Source: Bdellovibrionales bacterium
Lineage (GTDB): Bacteria > Bdellovibrionota > Bdellovibrionia > Bdellovibrionales > UBA1609
Direction of reading: 5' to 3'
DNA: 64,000 nucleotides
Assembly (NCBI GenBank): GCA_965203095.1
Contig: OZ241877.1
Location: 256,001-320,000, forward strand
The notes under the pieces are model-generated. The model was not told the origin of the DNA. It saw only the letters and a program-made list of their open reading frames with translations, and did no database searches. Shown here piece by piece: positions 1 through 12,767 of this stretch. Numbering within the stretch: the stretch's first letter is position 1; each line of letters begins with the position of its first letter. The position numbers and the translations under genes were made by a program.

Positions 1-1
1 A

Positions 2-127
2 AGGGAGCATAACAAAGAGGAAATTATTTTAAAAGATCTCCTAAAAAAGCAACAAATAAGCTTTCCGCTCAGCCAATTAAAAGAGGAACTGCAAAAAAAG
101 ATCCTTAAACAGCCAGAACTAAAATAG
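2..127 (+). CDS. 3' end of an upstream CDS, truncated by the window edge; product unknown
   Basis: Open frame REHNKEEIILKDLLKKQQISFPLSQLKEELQKKILKQPELK*. Its stop TAG (125-127) is the first three bases of the repeat element. Confidence 0.6.
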   Translation, partial: REHNKEEIILKDLLKKQQISFPLSQLKEELQKKILKQPELK

Positions 128-320
128 CCGTCCGTGAAAAACCTCTATAATTTACAAGGGACTCTTCAGTTTCTTTGCCTAAAGGTCTGTCCCATTTTGG
201 GACGGCAATACCTTGGACCCTCATGGGACAGCCTTTAGGCAAAAGTCATTGAAAAGCCTGACCCTATAAAAGTAGGTAGGGAATGAGAGGGACCGACTGA
301 GACTTTTTCACAGGCGACTA
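125..320. mobile_element. MITE-like palindromic element, subfamily A, complete copy
   Basis: Imperfect terminal inverted repeats TAGCCGTCCGTGAAAA / TTTTCACAGGCGACTA. Internal stem TTTGCCTAAAGG..TGTCCCAT / ATGGGACAGCCTTTAGGCAAA encloses GGGACGGCAATACCTTGGACCCT. Closely similar copy at 38582-38773. Confidence 0.8.
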
Positions 321-340
321 AAATAAAACAATAAAAAATG

Positions 341-369
341 TTGACAGCCCTTTTTTTGTTCAGTAAATT
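341..369 (+). promoter_or_regulatory. sigma70-type promoter of the 23S-5S rRNA unit
   Basis: TTGACA-N17-TAAATT with an A-rich UP-like tract upstream and a C-rich discriminator downstream. Confidence 0.7.
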
Positions 370-569
370 TCCCCTTCGGCTAATGGAAAGCGGTTTTTAA
401 AAGGCTGTTTTCACAAAAAGCCAAGTGGGAAACCACAAGCGAAAAATCAATTGGGAAAGGGATTTGTCAAATAAATGGCAAAAAACTTTCTTAAAGAGAG
501 ATGGGGTCTTATAGATTCCCTGTCCCTCAAGCTGAAAACCTATCCCTATATAAGGAACGGTTCCAGCTT

Positions 570-582
570 TGCTCTTTGACAA
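570..582 (+). promoter_or_regulatory. rrn antitermination boxA
   Basis: TGCTCTTTGACAA resembles boxA (TGCTCTTTAACA), about 190 nt before the 23S. Confidence 0.7.
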
Positions 583-770
583 CTGAATATTTTTTCTTGT
601 GATAGATGCATTGGTCTGTAATGCAGACCTTTTGCAAATTCTATCAGCAAATTAAATGATTTTGAGTTTTTAATCGATTCAAATCATTCTTGGCATTTTT
701 ACCTCAAGAGGCTTTGGCCCCTTAAAAGGCTAACCTTTTGAGTGTGAAATTTCATTATATTTAAGAGTTT

Positions 771-3751
<2,981 letters not shown>

Positions 3752-3810
3752 CTTCTCTTAGAACCAGGAATGATTTGAATAGATTAAATTTTTTAGTAGA
3801 TTTAAAAGCT

Positions 3811-3927
3811 TGTTGGTGTCAATACCTGTGGGGTTATACCTGTTCCCGTCCCGAACACAGAAGTTAAGTCCACAAAGGGCGATGGTACTGTAGGTTTGTC
3901 CTATGGGAGAGTAGCAAGATGCCAACT
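3811..3927 (+). rRNA. rrf: 5S ribosomal RNA
   Basis: CCCGAACACAGAAGTTAAG and GATGGTACT..GGGAGAGTAG motifs; terminal stem GTTGGTGTC / GATGCCAAC. Confidence 0.95.
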
Positions 3928-3937
3928 TCTATTTTTT

Positions 3938-3965
3938 AAAGCCGGTGAAATTCACCGGCTTTTTT
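3938..3965 (+). terminator. Intrinsic terminator of the rRNA unit
   Basis: AAAGCCGGTGAA-A-TTCACCGGCTTT palindrome running into a T tract. Confidence 0.9.
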
Positions 3966-4210
3966 ATTTTTGTTCAAAAGTGGAAAATGCCCCACTTTTT
4001 CAAAATATTTAAGATTTTGACTACCGGTGAATAAGAAATTTTTTCACATTTGATTTGCTAAAAGACTCTTGACATAAAGAGCTGAAAGCACAAAAAATAT
4101 TCTCCTTTTTAAGCCTAACTGGAGTCCTCTCTTTAGGGGTTTGAAAACAAAAAAATAAGAACCTCACTTTAACATTGGCCCTCATACCACTCCAGCTGAG
4201 GCCAAAAGTC

Positions 4211-5479
4211 TTATGAGGAGCAAAGCTCTTCTATCTCATCCGCAGATTTAACCAATGCTTTTGTGAGATTTTTTTGCCCCTTTATCCCAATCAAAATATC
4301 GTCTTCTATCCTCAAGCCCAAACCTCTTAAATCCTCTTTTGCTTTTTTGTCGCTTTTAGAAATATAGATCCCCGGCTCAATGGTTAGAGTCATACCCGGC
4401 TGTAAAACATCTTCATCACCTTTTTTAAAAGGAGGATCATGCACATCTAAACCCAAAAGATGACCCACACCATGGGGGCAGTATTTTTTATAGGCTTGGC
4501 TTTTTAAATTTTTCCTAAAAGAACCTTTTAAAAAGCCCCATCTGAGTAAAATATCAGTAAGCCCCTCTGCCATTTTTTGATGGATAAACCTTAAAGAAAG
4601 CCCTGGCTGAGCTGTCTTAATAAGTTTTTTTTGCAGGTTTAAAAGCTCGTTATAAAGAGCTTTTTGACTTTTAGAAAAACGCCCACTCACAGGATAAACT
4701 CTGGAAATGTCTGAGCTGTAATAATCCTTCTCCGCCCCGGCATCCACAAGTAAAAGCTCCCCCTTTTTGCAAATAGAGCGATTTTGTGTATAGTGTAGAA
4801 TGGTGCCATTAGCCCCAGAGGCAAAAATGCCTCCATAAGCCTCCCTTTGAGCTCCTTTTTCCATAATGGATTTTATAAAAATCCCATGCAACTCCCGCTC
4901 ACTTATATTGGGCTTTAAGGCTTTAGCTACCTGTTGATGAGCATAAACACTAATAGAAATGGCTTTTTCGATAAGAGCTATCTCCACCCTGTCCTTTGTC
5001 CTTCTCAAAGGCTTGAGCTTTTCATCAGCAGATTCTAAAGGAATTTTTAAAGCTTTTAACTTTTTGCTCCAAACGGGATGAGTGGGGCTGTAGTTAGATC
5101 CGTTCCCACCCATATCATAGAAAAGTTTGGACTTCCCTTTAAGCAGAAACTTTAAACGTACATCCAATTGAGAAAGAGGATAAACCTGATCAATTAAAAA
5201 ATTTTTTTTGATTTCTGTAATAGAATATAAAGGCCCTTCCCAAAGCTCTTTCACTGGGTTTTTATCCTCAGTAAACAAAACTGATTTTCCAGAGGGGAAA
5301 AGCAGGAATAAAGAGAGGGCTTGCTCAAAACCGGTGAGATAATAAAAATTGCTATCCTGCCGGTAAGGGTATTTTATATCCACCTGCCGGAAATATTCTG
5401 GAAGGCTTGCCAAAATCAAGACACTGTTTTTTGATAAGCTGTGGGCCACTTGTTTTCTTTTGTTTTTAAACCATTTCAT
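4211..5479 (-). CDS. pepP: Xaa-Pro aminopeptidase (M24B)
   Basis: YPYRQDSNFYYLTG N-domain; DAG..YSSDISR, HGVGHLLGLDVHD, TIEPGIY and GLRIEDDI metal motifs. Confidence 0.93.
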   Translation of the reverse strand: MKWFKNKRKQVAHSLSKNSVLILASLPEYFRQVDIKYPYRQDSNFYYLTGFEQALSLFLLFPSGKSVLFTEDKNPVKELWEGPLYSITEIKKNFLIDQVYPLSQLDVRLKFLLKGKSKLFYDMGGNGSNYSPTHPVWSKKLKALKIPLESADEKLKPLRRTKDRVEIALIEKAISISVYAHQQVAKALKPNISERELHGIFIKSIMEKGAQREAYGGIFASGANGTILHYTQNRSICKKGELLLVDAGAEKDYYSSDISRVYPVSGRFSKSQKALYNELLNLQKKLIKTAQPGLSLRFIHQKMAEGLTDILLRWGFLKGSFRKNLKSQAYKKYCPHGVGHLLGLDVHDPPFKKGDEDVLQPGMTLTIEPGIYISKSDKKAKEDLRGLGLRIEDDILIGIKGQKNLTKALVKSADEIEELCSS

Positions 5480-5685
5480 AATATTTCTTTTATAATTCCT
5501 TAGTAAGGATTTTTCAAGTCTCTTTGCCTACAACAAGCTTTTAAGGGGATATTTTAAGGGAAAATTAAGTTTTAAAAAGTCTTTTGTAAATTTTTCACAC
5601 AAAAGCTCAAAAGCTTGCCGGTAAAGGCAAAAAAGAACCCTAAACTGTGGCCACCGGGCAAAGTCAAATAAAGGGAATAAATAGA

Positions 5686-6087
5686 CTATTTTTTAGAGCT
5701 TTGAGACTTGATTTTCTCAAGAATAGTTAAAATTTTAGCCTGTCCCTCTTCAAGCTTATCCATTCTCTTTTCAAGCTTAACCTGTCCCTCTTCAAGCTTA
5801 GCCTGTCCCTCTTCAAGCTTAGCCTGTCCCTCTTTAAGCTCTTTTAACTCATTATCAAAGCCGTCCATTCTTATTTCAATCTTAGCTATATCTTTTTTCA
5901 ATGGGTCTATTTTTGCATCTAAAAGAAAATAAACCAAGCCAAACAGAACAGCTAAAACCAAAACGGGAAAGCTCAAAACAGAGACTACTGGGGAAAAACC
6001 TCTTATTTTATCCATACTCATTCCTTTAGCCTTACTATCATCCCTTTTTATTTGTGCCGGTGCGGCCGGGTTCAATGTTTCAGACAT
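5686..6087 (-). CDS. Small membrane-anchored coiled-coil protein with heptad repeats
   Basis: One hydrophobic helix, then IDPLKKDIAK and LEEGQAK repeats; RBS AAGGAG; paralog at 53444-53659. Confidence 0.8.
   Translation of the reverse strand: MSETLNPAAPAQIKRDDSKAKGMSMDKIRGFSPVVSVLSFPVLVLAVLFGLVYFLLDAKIDPLKKDIAKIEIRMDGFDNELKELKEGQAKLEEGQAKLEEGQVKLEKRMDKLEEGQAKILTILEKIKSQSSKK
5735..5842. repeat. 21-bp intragenic tandem repeat (one heptad per unit)
   Basis: Unit CCTGTCCCTCTTCAAGCTTAG, about 5 copies, one of them degenerate. Confidence 0.85.
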
Positions 6088-6122
6088 ATTAGCTCCTTTT
6101 GGTTTAATTTATATCCTTATCC

Positions 6123-6151
6123 ATTATCGGCTCATTGTCCGGGAATGTCAA
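6123..6151 (-). promoter_or_regulatory. sigma70 promoter with an overlapping sigma28-type -10 box
   Basis: Minus strand TTGACA-N17-GATAAT; GCCGATAA at 6124-6131 overlaps the -10. Confidence 0.6.
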
Positions 6152-6527
6152 GATATTTTTTTAAAGCACTCTAAAACCCGCATGGATAGAGGCTTATTTG
6201 CCCACTGTGAGGGCTCTGGAATAGATAGAGAGTAGAGGGAAAAATAGAGCTTTTCATAGACATGACAGGCTTTTGCAGAAGCCCATTTTTTAAAATCAGA
6301 AGTGCAAAAAAAACTTGACTTCAAAAAAAAAATTATAAAAGCTATCTCTTGTTATTCTTAAAGGATTTTTAGGTGCATTCCCTCAAATGGAGGCTATAAA
6401 AAGCTCAAAACTTTATTCATACTCTACAAGGAAACAAATGCCAACAATTAACGATTTAGAATTGTCTAAAGGACATAACATGAGCACAGGCCGAGATTCC
6501 ACTTTTTATAGAACTGAGGCGAACTTT

Positions 6528-7286
6528 ATGATCTGCAAAATGAAATTAATTGGAATTGGCATTTTATGTTTTTTTTATCCTTTAGCAGAGGCAGAAAAGC
6601 TTAAAAAATCCCGATCCATTATGCAACAAACTCATCAAGAAGCTCGTGATTCCCAAAAAAAAATCAATCGCTTAGACGATGAATCCCATCAACTTTTGAC
6701 CCAGTATCGAACGACTTTAAGCAAGACAGAAAATCTCCGTATTTACAACCAACAGCTTTCTTCCTATATTAAAGGCCAAAAACAAGAAATAATAAATATA
6801 AGAAAAAAGATCGAGGAAGTTAAAGATACAGGTAAAGAGATTGAGCCTCTCATGCTGAGGATGCTGGATTCCCTCAAACATTATGTGGATTTAGATGTCC
6901 CTTTTCTTTTAGCAGAGAGAAAAGCCCAAGTTCAAAAATTAAGAGAGATTTTAAACCGATCTGATGTCTCAGTGAGTGAAAAATACCGTCAACTCATCTC
7001 TGCTTATAAAACAGAAAGGGATTATGGCCGGACCCTCCAAAGCTGGAGGGCCTTAAGGGATATTGATGGTAAAGAGTTGACAGTGGAATATCTTCGCCTG
7101 GGGCGTTTGGCCTTTATTTATAAAAGTTTGGACGGGAAACATTTGGCCATCTATGACGGAAGCACTCGCGAGTGGAAAGACCTGCCAAAATCCTATAAAA
7201 AAGATATTGCTAAAGCGATAAAAATTTCTGTTAAACAACTTCCGCCCAACTTAGTTAAATTGCCTATCCCCTCTACAGGGCGATAG
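6528..7286 (+). CDS. DUF3450 / TtpB-like periplasmic coiled-coil protein of a TonB operon
   Basis: Signal peptide; DVPFLLAER, EKYRQL..Y..E.DYG and LRLGRLAF motifs. Likely start ATG 6528 with RBS GAGG; the ORF is open from 6387. Confidence 0.85.
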   Translation: MICKMKLIGIGILCFFYPLAEAEKLKKSRSIMQQTHQEARDSQKKINRLDDESHQLLTQYRTTLSKTENLRIYNQQLSSYIKGQKQEIINIRKKIEEVKDTGKEIEPLMLRMLDSLKHYVDLDVPFLLAERKAQVQKLREILNRSDVSVSEKYRQLISAYKTERDYGRTLQSWRALRDIDGKELTVEYLRLGRLAFIYKSLDGKHLAIYDGSTREWKDLPKSYKKDIAKAIKISVKQLPPNLVKLPIPSTGR

Positions 7287-7304
7287 CTTATTGTTTTAAT
7301 AAAA

Positions 7305-8741
7305 ATGCTTTTGTTGTATCCGTTTTTTTTGATTTTTGCTTTTTTCCCCTTGAAAGGGCAGGCAGAGCTGGATTCCCAGAGGGAAACAATAAATTCAGCC
7401 CCTATATTTCTTATAGCTAAAAACTCCCCTACTTTAAAGACTCATCCACAACCCACCTCTAAGGAAAAGACTAAAATAAAAACTTTGGATGAGCTTTTAA
7501 AAAAGATTCAGCAAGAGAGCTTGGGCCAAAGGCCAAAGTTAAGGGAAAGAGAGGCTCGTTTTTTAAAAGAGAGAAACCGCCAAAAAGCCCTGCTCAATCA
7601 AGCTGTGCTGGATTTAAAAAAAGAAGAGAAAATTTTAAGCCGTTTACAAAAAACTTTTGCTGAGCAGGATCAGGAGTTGAGCCGTCTGGAAGAGAAGTTG
7701 GCTCTCACTATGGGGGCCTTAGGAGAGCTTTTTGGTGTGGTCAAACAAACTGCTGGTGAGACAAAAGCTCTTTTTGAAAACTCTGTCATTTCAGCAGAAT
7801 ATAAAAATCGAACAGATTTTATTCAAAAAATCAGTGGGGAAAAGAATTTGCCCAACTTATCGGATTTGGAGACACTGTGGTTTTTAATACAGCAAGAGAT
7901 GACCGAATCCGGAAAAGTGACTCGCTTTCAAGAAGATGTGATCAAGGCTAATGGAGAAACAAAAAAACAAATGGTTGTGCGAATAGGGAGCTTCAATTTA
8001 ATATCTGAAGGAAAGTATCTCCACTTCGACAGCAAAACAAAACGGGTGATGGAGCTTGGCCGACAGCCCCCCCGGCGGTTTTTATCTTTAGCCAAAAAAT
8101 GGGGCAACACTAAAAAAAACTTTCAAGCTTTTGGGGTGGATCCCTCCAGAGGGAGTTTGCTCTCCCTTTTAGTTCAAAGCCCCACTTTGGCAGAAAGGAT
8201 CTCACAAGGGGGCCTGATTGGTTATGTCATTTTGTTTTTATTTTTTACTGGGCTATCTTTGTCTCTAAAAAAATATTTATGGCTAAAAAATCAAGAAGAT
8301 CTCCTGCACAAGCAAATGCAATCCAATCCTGTTTTGGAAAACAACCCCTTAGGAGAGATCATTCAAGTATTTTTAAAATTTAAAAATGAAAGTATAGAGG
8401 CTTTAGAATTAAAAATGGAGGAAGCCATTGTAAAGCAAACATCCCATTTTAAAAAGGGCCTTAGTGCCATTAAACTTCTATTTAGCACAGCCCCTTTGCT
8501 GGGCCTTTTAGGCACTGTAACAGGGATGATTGCCACCTTTCAAAGTATTACTCTATTCGGGACAGGAGATCCCAAACTTATGGCCGGTGGCATATCTCAA
8601 GCTTTAGTGACTACGGCCTTGGGCTTGGTGACAGCCATCCCCTTGCTTTTTATTCATAATTTTTTATCTCAAAAAGCCACAACTTTAATAAGTATTTTTG
8701 AAGAGCAGGTGCTGGGCCTTCTCTCACGAAAATACAAATGA
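7305..8741 (+). CDS. TtpC-like large MotA/TolQ/ExbB proton-channel protein
   Basis: Long periplasmic N-domain; C-terminal APLLGLLGTVTGMI..F and MAGGISQALVTTALGL. Confidence 0.9.
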   Translation: MLLLYPFFLIFAFFPLKGQAELDSQRETINSAPIFLIAKNSPTLKTHPQPTSKEKTKIKTLDELLKKIQQESLGQRPKLREREARFLKERNRQKALLNQAVLDLKKEEKILSRLQKTFAEQDQELSRLEEKLALTMGALGELFGVVKQTAGETKALFENSVISAEYKNRTDFIQKISGEKNLPNLSDLETLWFLIQQEMTESGKVTRFQEDVIKANGETKKQMVVRIGSFNLISEGKYLHFDSKTKRVMELGRQPPRRFLSLAKKWGNTKKNFQAFGVDPSRGSLLSLLVQSPTLAERISQGGLIGYVILFLFFTGLSLSLKKYLWLKNQEDLLHKQMQSNPVLENNPLGEIIQVFLKFKNESIEALELKMEEAIVKQTSHFKKGLSAIKLLFSTAPLLGLLGTVTGMIATFQSITLFGTGDPKLMAGGISQALVTTALGLVTAIPLLFIHNFLSQKATTLISIFEEQVLGLLSRKYK

Positions 8742-8751
8742 GGCCAACATA

Positions 8752-9255
8752 ATGTTAGAGGAAGTAAGCGTTTTTTTATCCGCTGGCGGGAAAGTCCTTT
8801 GGGTGATTTTTTTTGTTTCGCTAATACTTTGGTTTTTTATTTTTGAAAGGTTGGACTATTTTTACAGAATTTACCCTCGTGAAAAAGAACAAGCCCGATC
8901 CCTCTGGCTAAAAAGGGAAGATCGCTCCAGTTGGTTCGCCTTAAAAATAAGAGAGGAGGAGATCTCTGAATTGGCAGGTAAAATGTCCCGTTTTGTCCCT
9001 CAAATCAAAACTTTGGTTTTAATTTCTCCTCTTTTGGGTTTGACGGGAACAGTAACAGGCATGATCTCCATTTTTGACATTATATCCCTTTCGGGAACAG
9101 GCAACCCTCGCTTAATGGCGAGCGGGATCTCTTTAGCAGTGATACCCACTATGGCGGGCTTAGTGACAGCACTTTCCGGTCTGGCCTTTGGGAATTTTTT
9201 TGAAAAAAAATGTCTTACAGAAAAACAAGCTCTATCAGAATATTTAACAATTTAA
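8752..9255 (+). CDS. exbB: ExbB-family proton channel
   Basis: PLLGLTGTVTGMI and MASGISLAVIPTMAGL; likely start ATG 8752. Confidence 0.88.
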   Translation: MLEEVSVFLSAGGKVLWVIFFVSLILWFFIFERLDYFYRIYPREKEQARSLWLKREDRSSWFALKIREEEISELAGKMSRFVPQIKTLVLISPLLGLTGTVTGMISIFDIISLSGTGNPRLMASGISLAVIPTMAGLVTALSGLAFGNFFEKKCLTEKQALSEYLTI

Positions 9256-9258
9256 ACC

Positions 9259-9678
9259 ATGAAAAAAAGACGAACTATTGTATCAAACCAAGAAGAAAGC
9301 CAAATTGAACTGACTCCTATGTTGGATGTGGTTTTTATCATGTTGATTTTTTTTATCGTCACAACTTCTTTTGTTAAAGAATCGGGAATAGAGGTGAGTC
9401 GGCCCAATGCCCTCACTGCGGAAAAGCAAGAACGGGCCAGTATTTTTATCGCCATAAAAGAAGATGGTTCTATATGGTTAAAAAAGAGAAAAATCGATAT
9501 AGATGCTGTTCGAGCCAATATGGAAAAACTGCATGCAGAAAGTCCGGAAGGGGCTGTTGTTATTCAAGCGGATAAAAAATCAGAAACAGGAGTTTTAGTC
9601 AGAGTAATGGATCAGATCCGGTTAGCAGGGGTTAAAAACATATCTGTCGCGGCAGGGGGCCAAAGTAATAAAAATTAA
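9259..9678 (+). CDS. exbD: Biopolymer transport protein ExbD
   Basis: IELTPMLDVVFIMLIFFIVT; VIQADK. Confidence 0.95.
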   Translation: MKKRRTIVSNQEESQIELTPMLDVVFIMLIFFIVTTSFVKESGIEVSRPNALTAEKQERASIFIAIKEDGSIWLKKRKIDIDAVRANMEKLHAESPEGAVVIQADKKSETGVLVRVMDQIRLAGVKNISVAAGGQSNKN

Positions 9679-9691
9679 TGGCTTTTTTAAA

Positions 9692-10348
9692 GTGACAAAA
9701 AGTGAGATATTTTTAAAAAAAATTTTTAATCAAAAAAAACAAGTCTTTTTTTTGTTTCTTTCACTTTTAATCAGTCTATGGCTTTTTTATTTTATGTCTG
9801 TTTTGATATCTAAAGGGAATCTTTTATCTGCTGATAATTCAAACCCCAACATTGAATTTTTATTTCAAGCGGACTTAAAAGAATTAGAACTCAGATCCCG
9901 AAGGCTTCCCAAAAAACCAGAGGCGGAAAACCCCCCACCCACAGCCCCTAAACTCAAAATTATGCCAACAGAGCTGAAAAAACCAAAACTCAGCCCCGAT
10001 CGCCCCCAGTTAGAAACAGTGGATGACTTTTCTTCAGACTTAGAAGGCCATACCCCCGGATCCCCATCTCAAGATAGTGCTGGTTCTCCTGTTTTTCGTA
10101 TTCAGCCCATCTATCCTCGCCGAGCGGCATTACAAAATATAGAGGGCTTTGTTATTTTGAAATTTGATATTACGGAAACAGGTCAAACAGATAACATTTC
10201 TGTTTTGCAAGCCAGCCCTCCTCAAATTTTTAATTCCAGTGCTATTCAAGCCTTAAGGAAATGGAAATATCGCCCCAAAATAGAACAGGGCCAAGCTATA
10301 AGACAAAATAATATAAAAGTCCAGTTAGATTTTCGGTTAAGAGATTAA
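9692..10348 (+). CDS. tonB: Energy transducer TonB
   Basis: N-terminal TM helix, Pro/Lys-rich linker, C-domain PIYPRRA..IEGFV.LKFDI..G and A..KWKY.P. Confidence 0.92.
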   Translation: MTKSEIFLKKIFNQKKQVFFLFLSLLISLWLFYFMSVLISKGNLLSADNSNPNIEFLFQADLKELELRSRRLPKKPEAENPPPTAPKLKIMPTELKKPKLSPDRPQLETVDDFSSDLEGHTPGSPSQDSAGSPVFRIQPIYPRRAALQNIEGFVILKFDITETGQTDNISVLQASPPQIFNSSAIQALRKWKYRPKIEQGQAIRQNNIKVQLDFRLRD

Positions 10349-10379
10349 ATGTTAATGAACGGGCAGAGGATTTTTTGAA

Positions 10380-11843
10380 GTGAAAACAATAATAAAATTT
10401 ATTTTAAGTTGGGCTGTCTTTTTTTCTTTTTCCATAAAAGCCAAAAAGACGGATCGCCCTTTCCCGCTCAATAAAGCTCTCTTGCAACAACTTAAAAAAC
10501 GAGGGCATTCTTTAATGTCTGATCGTTTAGGGAATTATATTTTAAGGGCAGAGGAGTTGGCCCATCGGAAAAAATACAATTCAGCCATTGATCTTTTAGA
10601 ATATCACTATCAAAAAGATCATTGGGCCGGGGGGGAAAAAGCTCAACTGAGTTTAAGTTTAGGCCAACTTTATGGGCAAAACCAAAATAAGAAAAAAGCT
10701 CTGACTTACCTTAAAAAAGCTTTAGATTTAAAAACTTTATCTTACTCACAACATATTTCCACCTTATATTATATAGCTCAAATACATGTTGGGGAAAACC
10801 ATTTTAACCAAGCTATGAAAACTCTTAAACTTTTGTTTTCAGTAAGTGAACACCCTGAGCCTCAGTTTTATATTTTATTGGCACATTGCTATTATTCTAA
10901 AGGTCAAAACCAAAAAGCCTTAAAGTATGTTGAAAAAGCTATCTCCCTCAGCAATGAGCCCAGGGAGAACTGGTTGAAGTTTGCTGTGGCTATTTATCTT
11001 CATAAAAAAAAATATCAAAAAGCTCAACCCATGTTGGAAAAGCTGACAGCACTTTACCCTTTTACTTCCAGCCATTGGAGAGAGCTTGCCGGGGTCTATT
11101 TGCTTTTAGGAAAAAACAAAATGGCTTTTGTGACATTAGACATGGCCAACAAAATGGGACATTTAAAAGAGGATTCGGACTACCTCAACCTCTTCTCTCT
11201 TTATGTTCATCAGGGTTTGCCTTACCAAGGTGCTCAGCTTTTAGAGAAAAAAATACAGAAAAAAATAATAGATAGAAATCAAAAAAATCTGGAGTTTTTA
11301 TCAGACGCCTTTTATTTAGCAAGAGAGGGAAAAGAGGCTTTGGCTTATTTAAAAGAGGCGAGCCATTTTGCAAAAGAGCCTGATTTTTTTATTAAATACG
11401 GCTATAGGCTTTTAGAGCAGGAAAAATGGGAACCAGCAGAAAAGGCTTTTAAAAAAGCCCTTCAAACTTCAAAAGTAAAAAACACCTTAGAGGAAATAAA
11501 GCAGTATAAAAAAAGGCTTTCCCGCGAACAAAAAAAAGAGGAGCAGTTTTCATTGAGCCCTCAAAAAAGCTCAGAGAGGTTTATAAAGCCAGAAAAAGAG
11601 ATGGAAAACGAGCTGATAAAAGCGGAGGCAAAAAGCTCATCATCGCAAGAATCCCTTTTAAAGACTCCTGATACAAACCGCATAGAGGACATCTATCTTG
11701 GCATAGGCATAGCCCTCTATCAGAGAGAAAACTATGAATCTGCTCTATCTTATTTTAAAAAATCAATAGAAATAAACGACAGTTTTTTAAGTGGATATCA
11801 GTGGATAGATTATGCCAGCCAAAAAATTTCAGAAAAGCCTTAG
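10380..11843 (+). CDS. TPR-repeat periplasmic protein (TtpD-like)
   Basis: Signal peptide and multiple TPR-like helices; last gene of the TonB operon. Confidence 0.85.
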   Translation: MKTIIKFILSWAVFFSFSIKAKKTDRPFPLNKALLQQLKKRGHSLMSDRLGNYILRAEELAHRKKYNSAIDLLEYHYQKDHWAGGEKAQLSLSLGQLYGQNQNKKKALTYLKKALDLKTLSYSQHISTLYYIAQIHVGENHFNQAMKTLKLLFSVSEHPEPQFYILLAHCYYSKGQNQKALKYVEKAISLSNEPRENWLKFAVAIYLHKKKYQKAQPMLEKLTALYPFTSSHWRELAGVYLLLGKNKMAFVTLDMANKMGHLKEDSDYLNLFSLYVHQGLPYQGAQLLEKKIQKKIIDRNQKNLEFLSDAFYLAREGKEALAYLKEASHFAKEPDFFIKYGYRLLEQEKWEPAEKAFKKALQTSKVKNTLEEIKQYKKRLSREQKKEEQFSLSPQKSSERFIKPEKEMENELIKAEAKSSSSQESLLKTPDTNRIEDIYLGIGIALYQRENYESALSYFKKSIEINDSFLSGYQWIDYASQKISEKP

Positions 11844-11921
11844 CTTTGTCAAGAAGTTTGCTAAAAAACTTGGGGGGCTTTTTAGCAAACTTTTTCACAG
11901 GGGACTTTTTAATGGGAGGGC

Positions 11922-12638
11922 TTAATAATGACATTGGCTTTCTTCATTGTAAGTCCAGCCCCATTCAGCATCAGGGTCATTATCATGGACATATTTTTGG
12001 ATCAAATAGGATTTGCTGTAGACCACCCCAGAACTCAACACAATCTCTTTATCCCCCTCCAGCCGAACAATGCGAGTCTCATGCCCCTCTGGATGATAAG
12101 GGAGATAGGCATCCACACTGCGATAATCTAAAATCCCGTCTTCAGGTTTTGTTCGCTGATCTTCCGGTATCTCCATAACCTCAGGAGGAGTATAATACTC
12201 CCTCTCAAGATAAGCCTCAGTATATCTCCCCTCCTCATCGTAATTCTCTGGATAGCGTAATCTCAAAAAATCTTCTGCGAGTAAAACACCATTTTTATCA
12301 TAAAGCCTAATTCTTAAATCCTCCCTATAAATAGGTTTTTTATTTTTTTTTGTTTTATAGCAATAAGATCTACCGGAGAATTTAACCTTCTCATCTCCAT
12401 CATCTAAAAGATAAGGAAATCTTTTAGCAAAATCCTCACCTTCCTTGAGTTCTCCGCTTTCAATCACTTGTTGTTTTGACTTTTCTAATCTCCCCGGATC
12501 TGCGGGAAGATACCAACCATAAGACCTAATCTCCTCTAATTCCTTCTTAGGGAAATCGGGTTGTTGTTTTTTCCTCAAACAACTGCATGAAAAAAGCAAA
12601 ATCGCAAACAAAACACTATAAAGAAAACTCTTTGGCAT
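11922..12638 (-). CDS. Hypothetical lipoprotein
   Basis: Lipobox LLFSC; RBS GGGAG; directly downstream of the split metalloprotease gene. Confidence 0.75.
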   Translation of the reverse strand: MPKSFLYSVLFAILLFSCSCLRKKQQPDFPKKELEEIRSYGWYLPADPGRLEKSKQQVIESGELKEGEDFAKRFPYLLDDGDEKVKFSGRSYCYKTKKNKKPIYREDLRIRLYDKNGVLLAEDFLRLRYPENYDEEGRYTEAYLEREYYTPPEVMEIPEDQRTKPEDGILDYRSVDAYLPYHPEGHETRIVRLEGDKEIVLSSGVVYSKSYLIQKYVHDNDPDAEWGWTYNEESQCHY

Positions 12639-12668
12639 TACTCCCTCTTTTTTTATCTTTTCTGCAAA

Positions 12669-12692
12669 GCTCCCGTGAAAACGGGAATCCAG
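12669..12692 (+). repeat. REP-like palindrome, left copy of a perfect 24-bp inverted pair
   Basis: GCTCCCGTGAAAACGGGAATCCAG is the exact reverse complement of 16109-16132. Confidence 0.85.
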
Positions 12693-12767
12693 AAAAGCTT
12701 GACTTTACTGAAATATAGAGAACAAAAATAATCAGCTAAGGCTTTCTCACAAAAAATTATTATAGCC

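Noticed and set aside
200..225. Repeat core as a known self-cleaving ribozyme or riboswitch
   Set aside because: I could not match hammerhead, twister, pistol, HDV or c-di-GMP consensus by eye; it needs an Infernal search.
397..425. Short similar motif TTAAAAGGCTGTTTT..CAAAAA, also at about 57902
   Set aside because: Too short and AT-rich to distinguish from chance.
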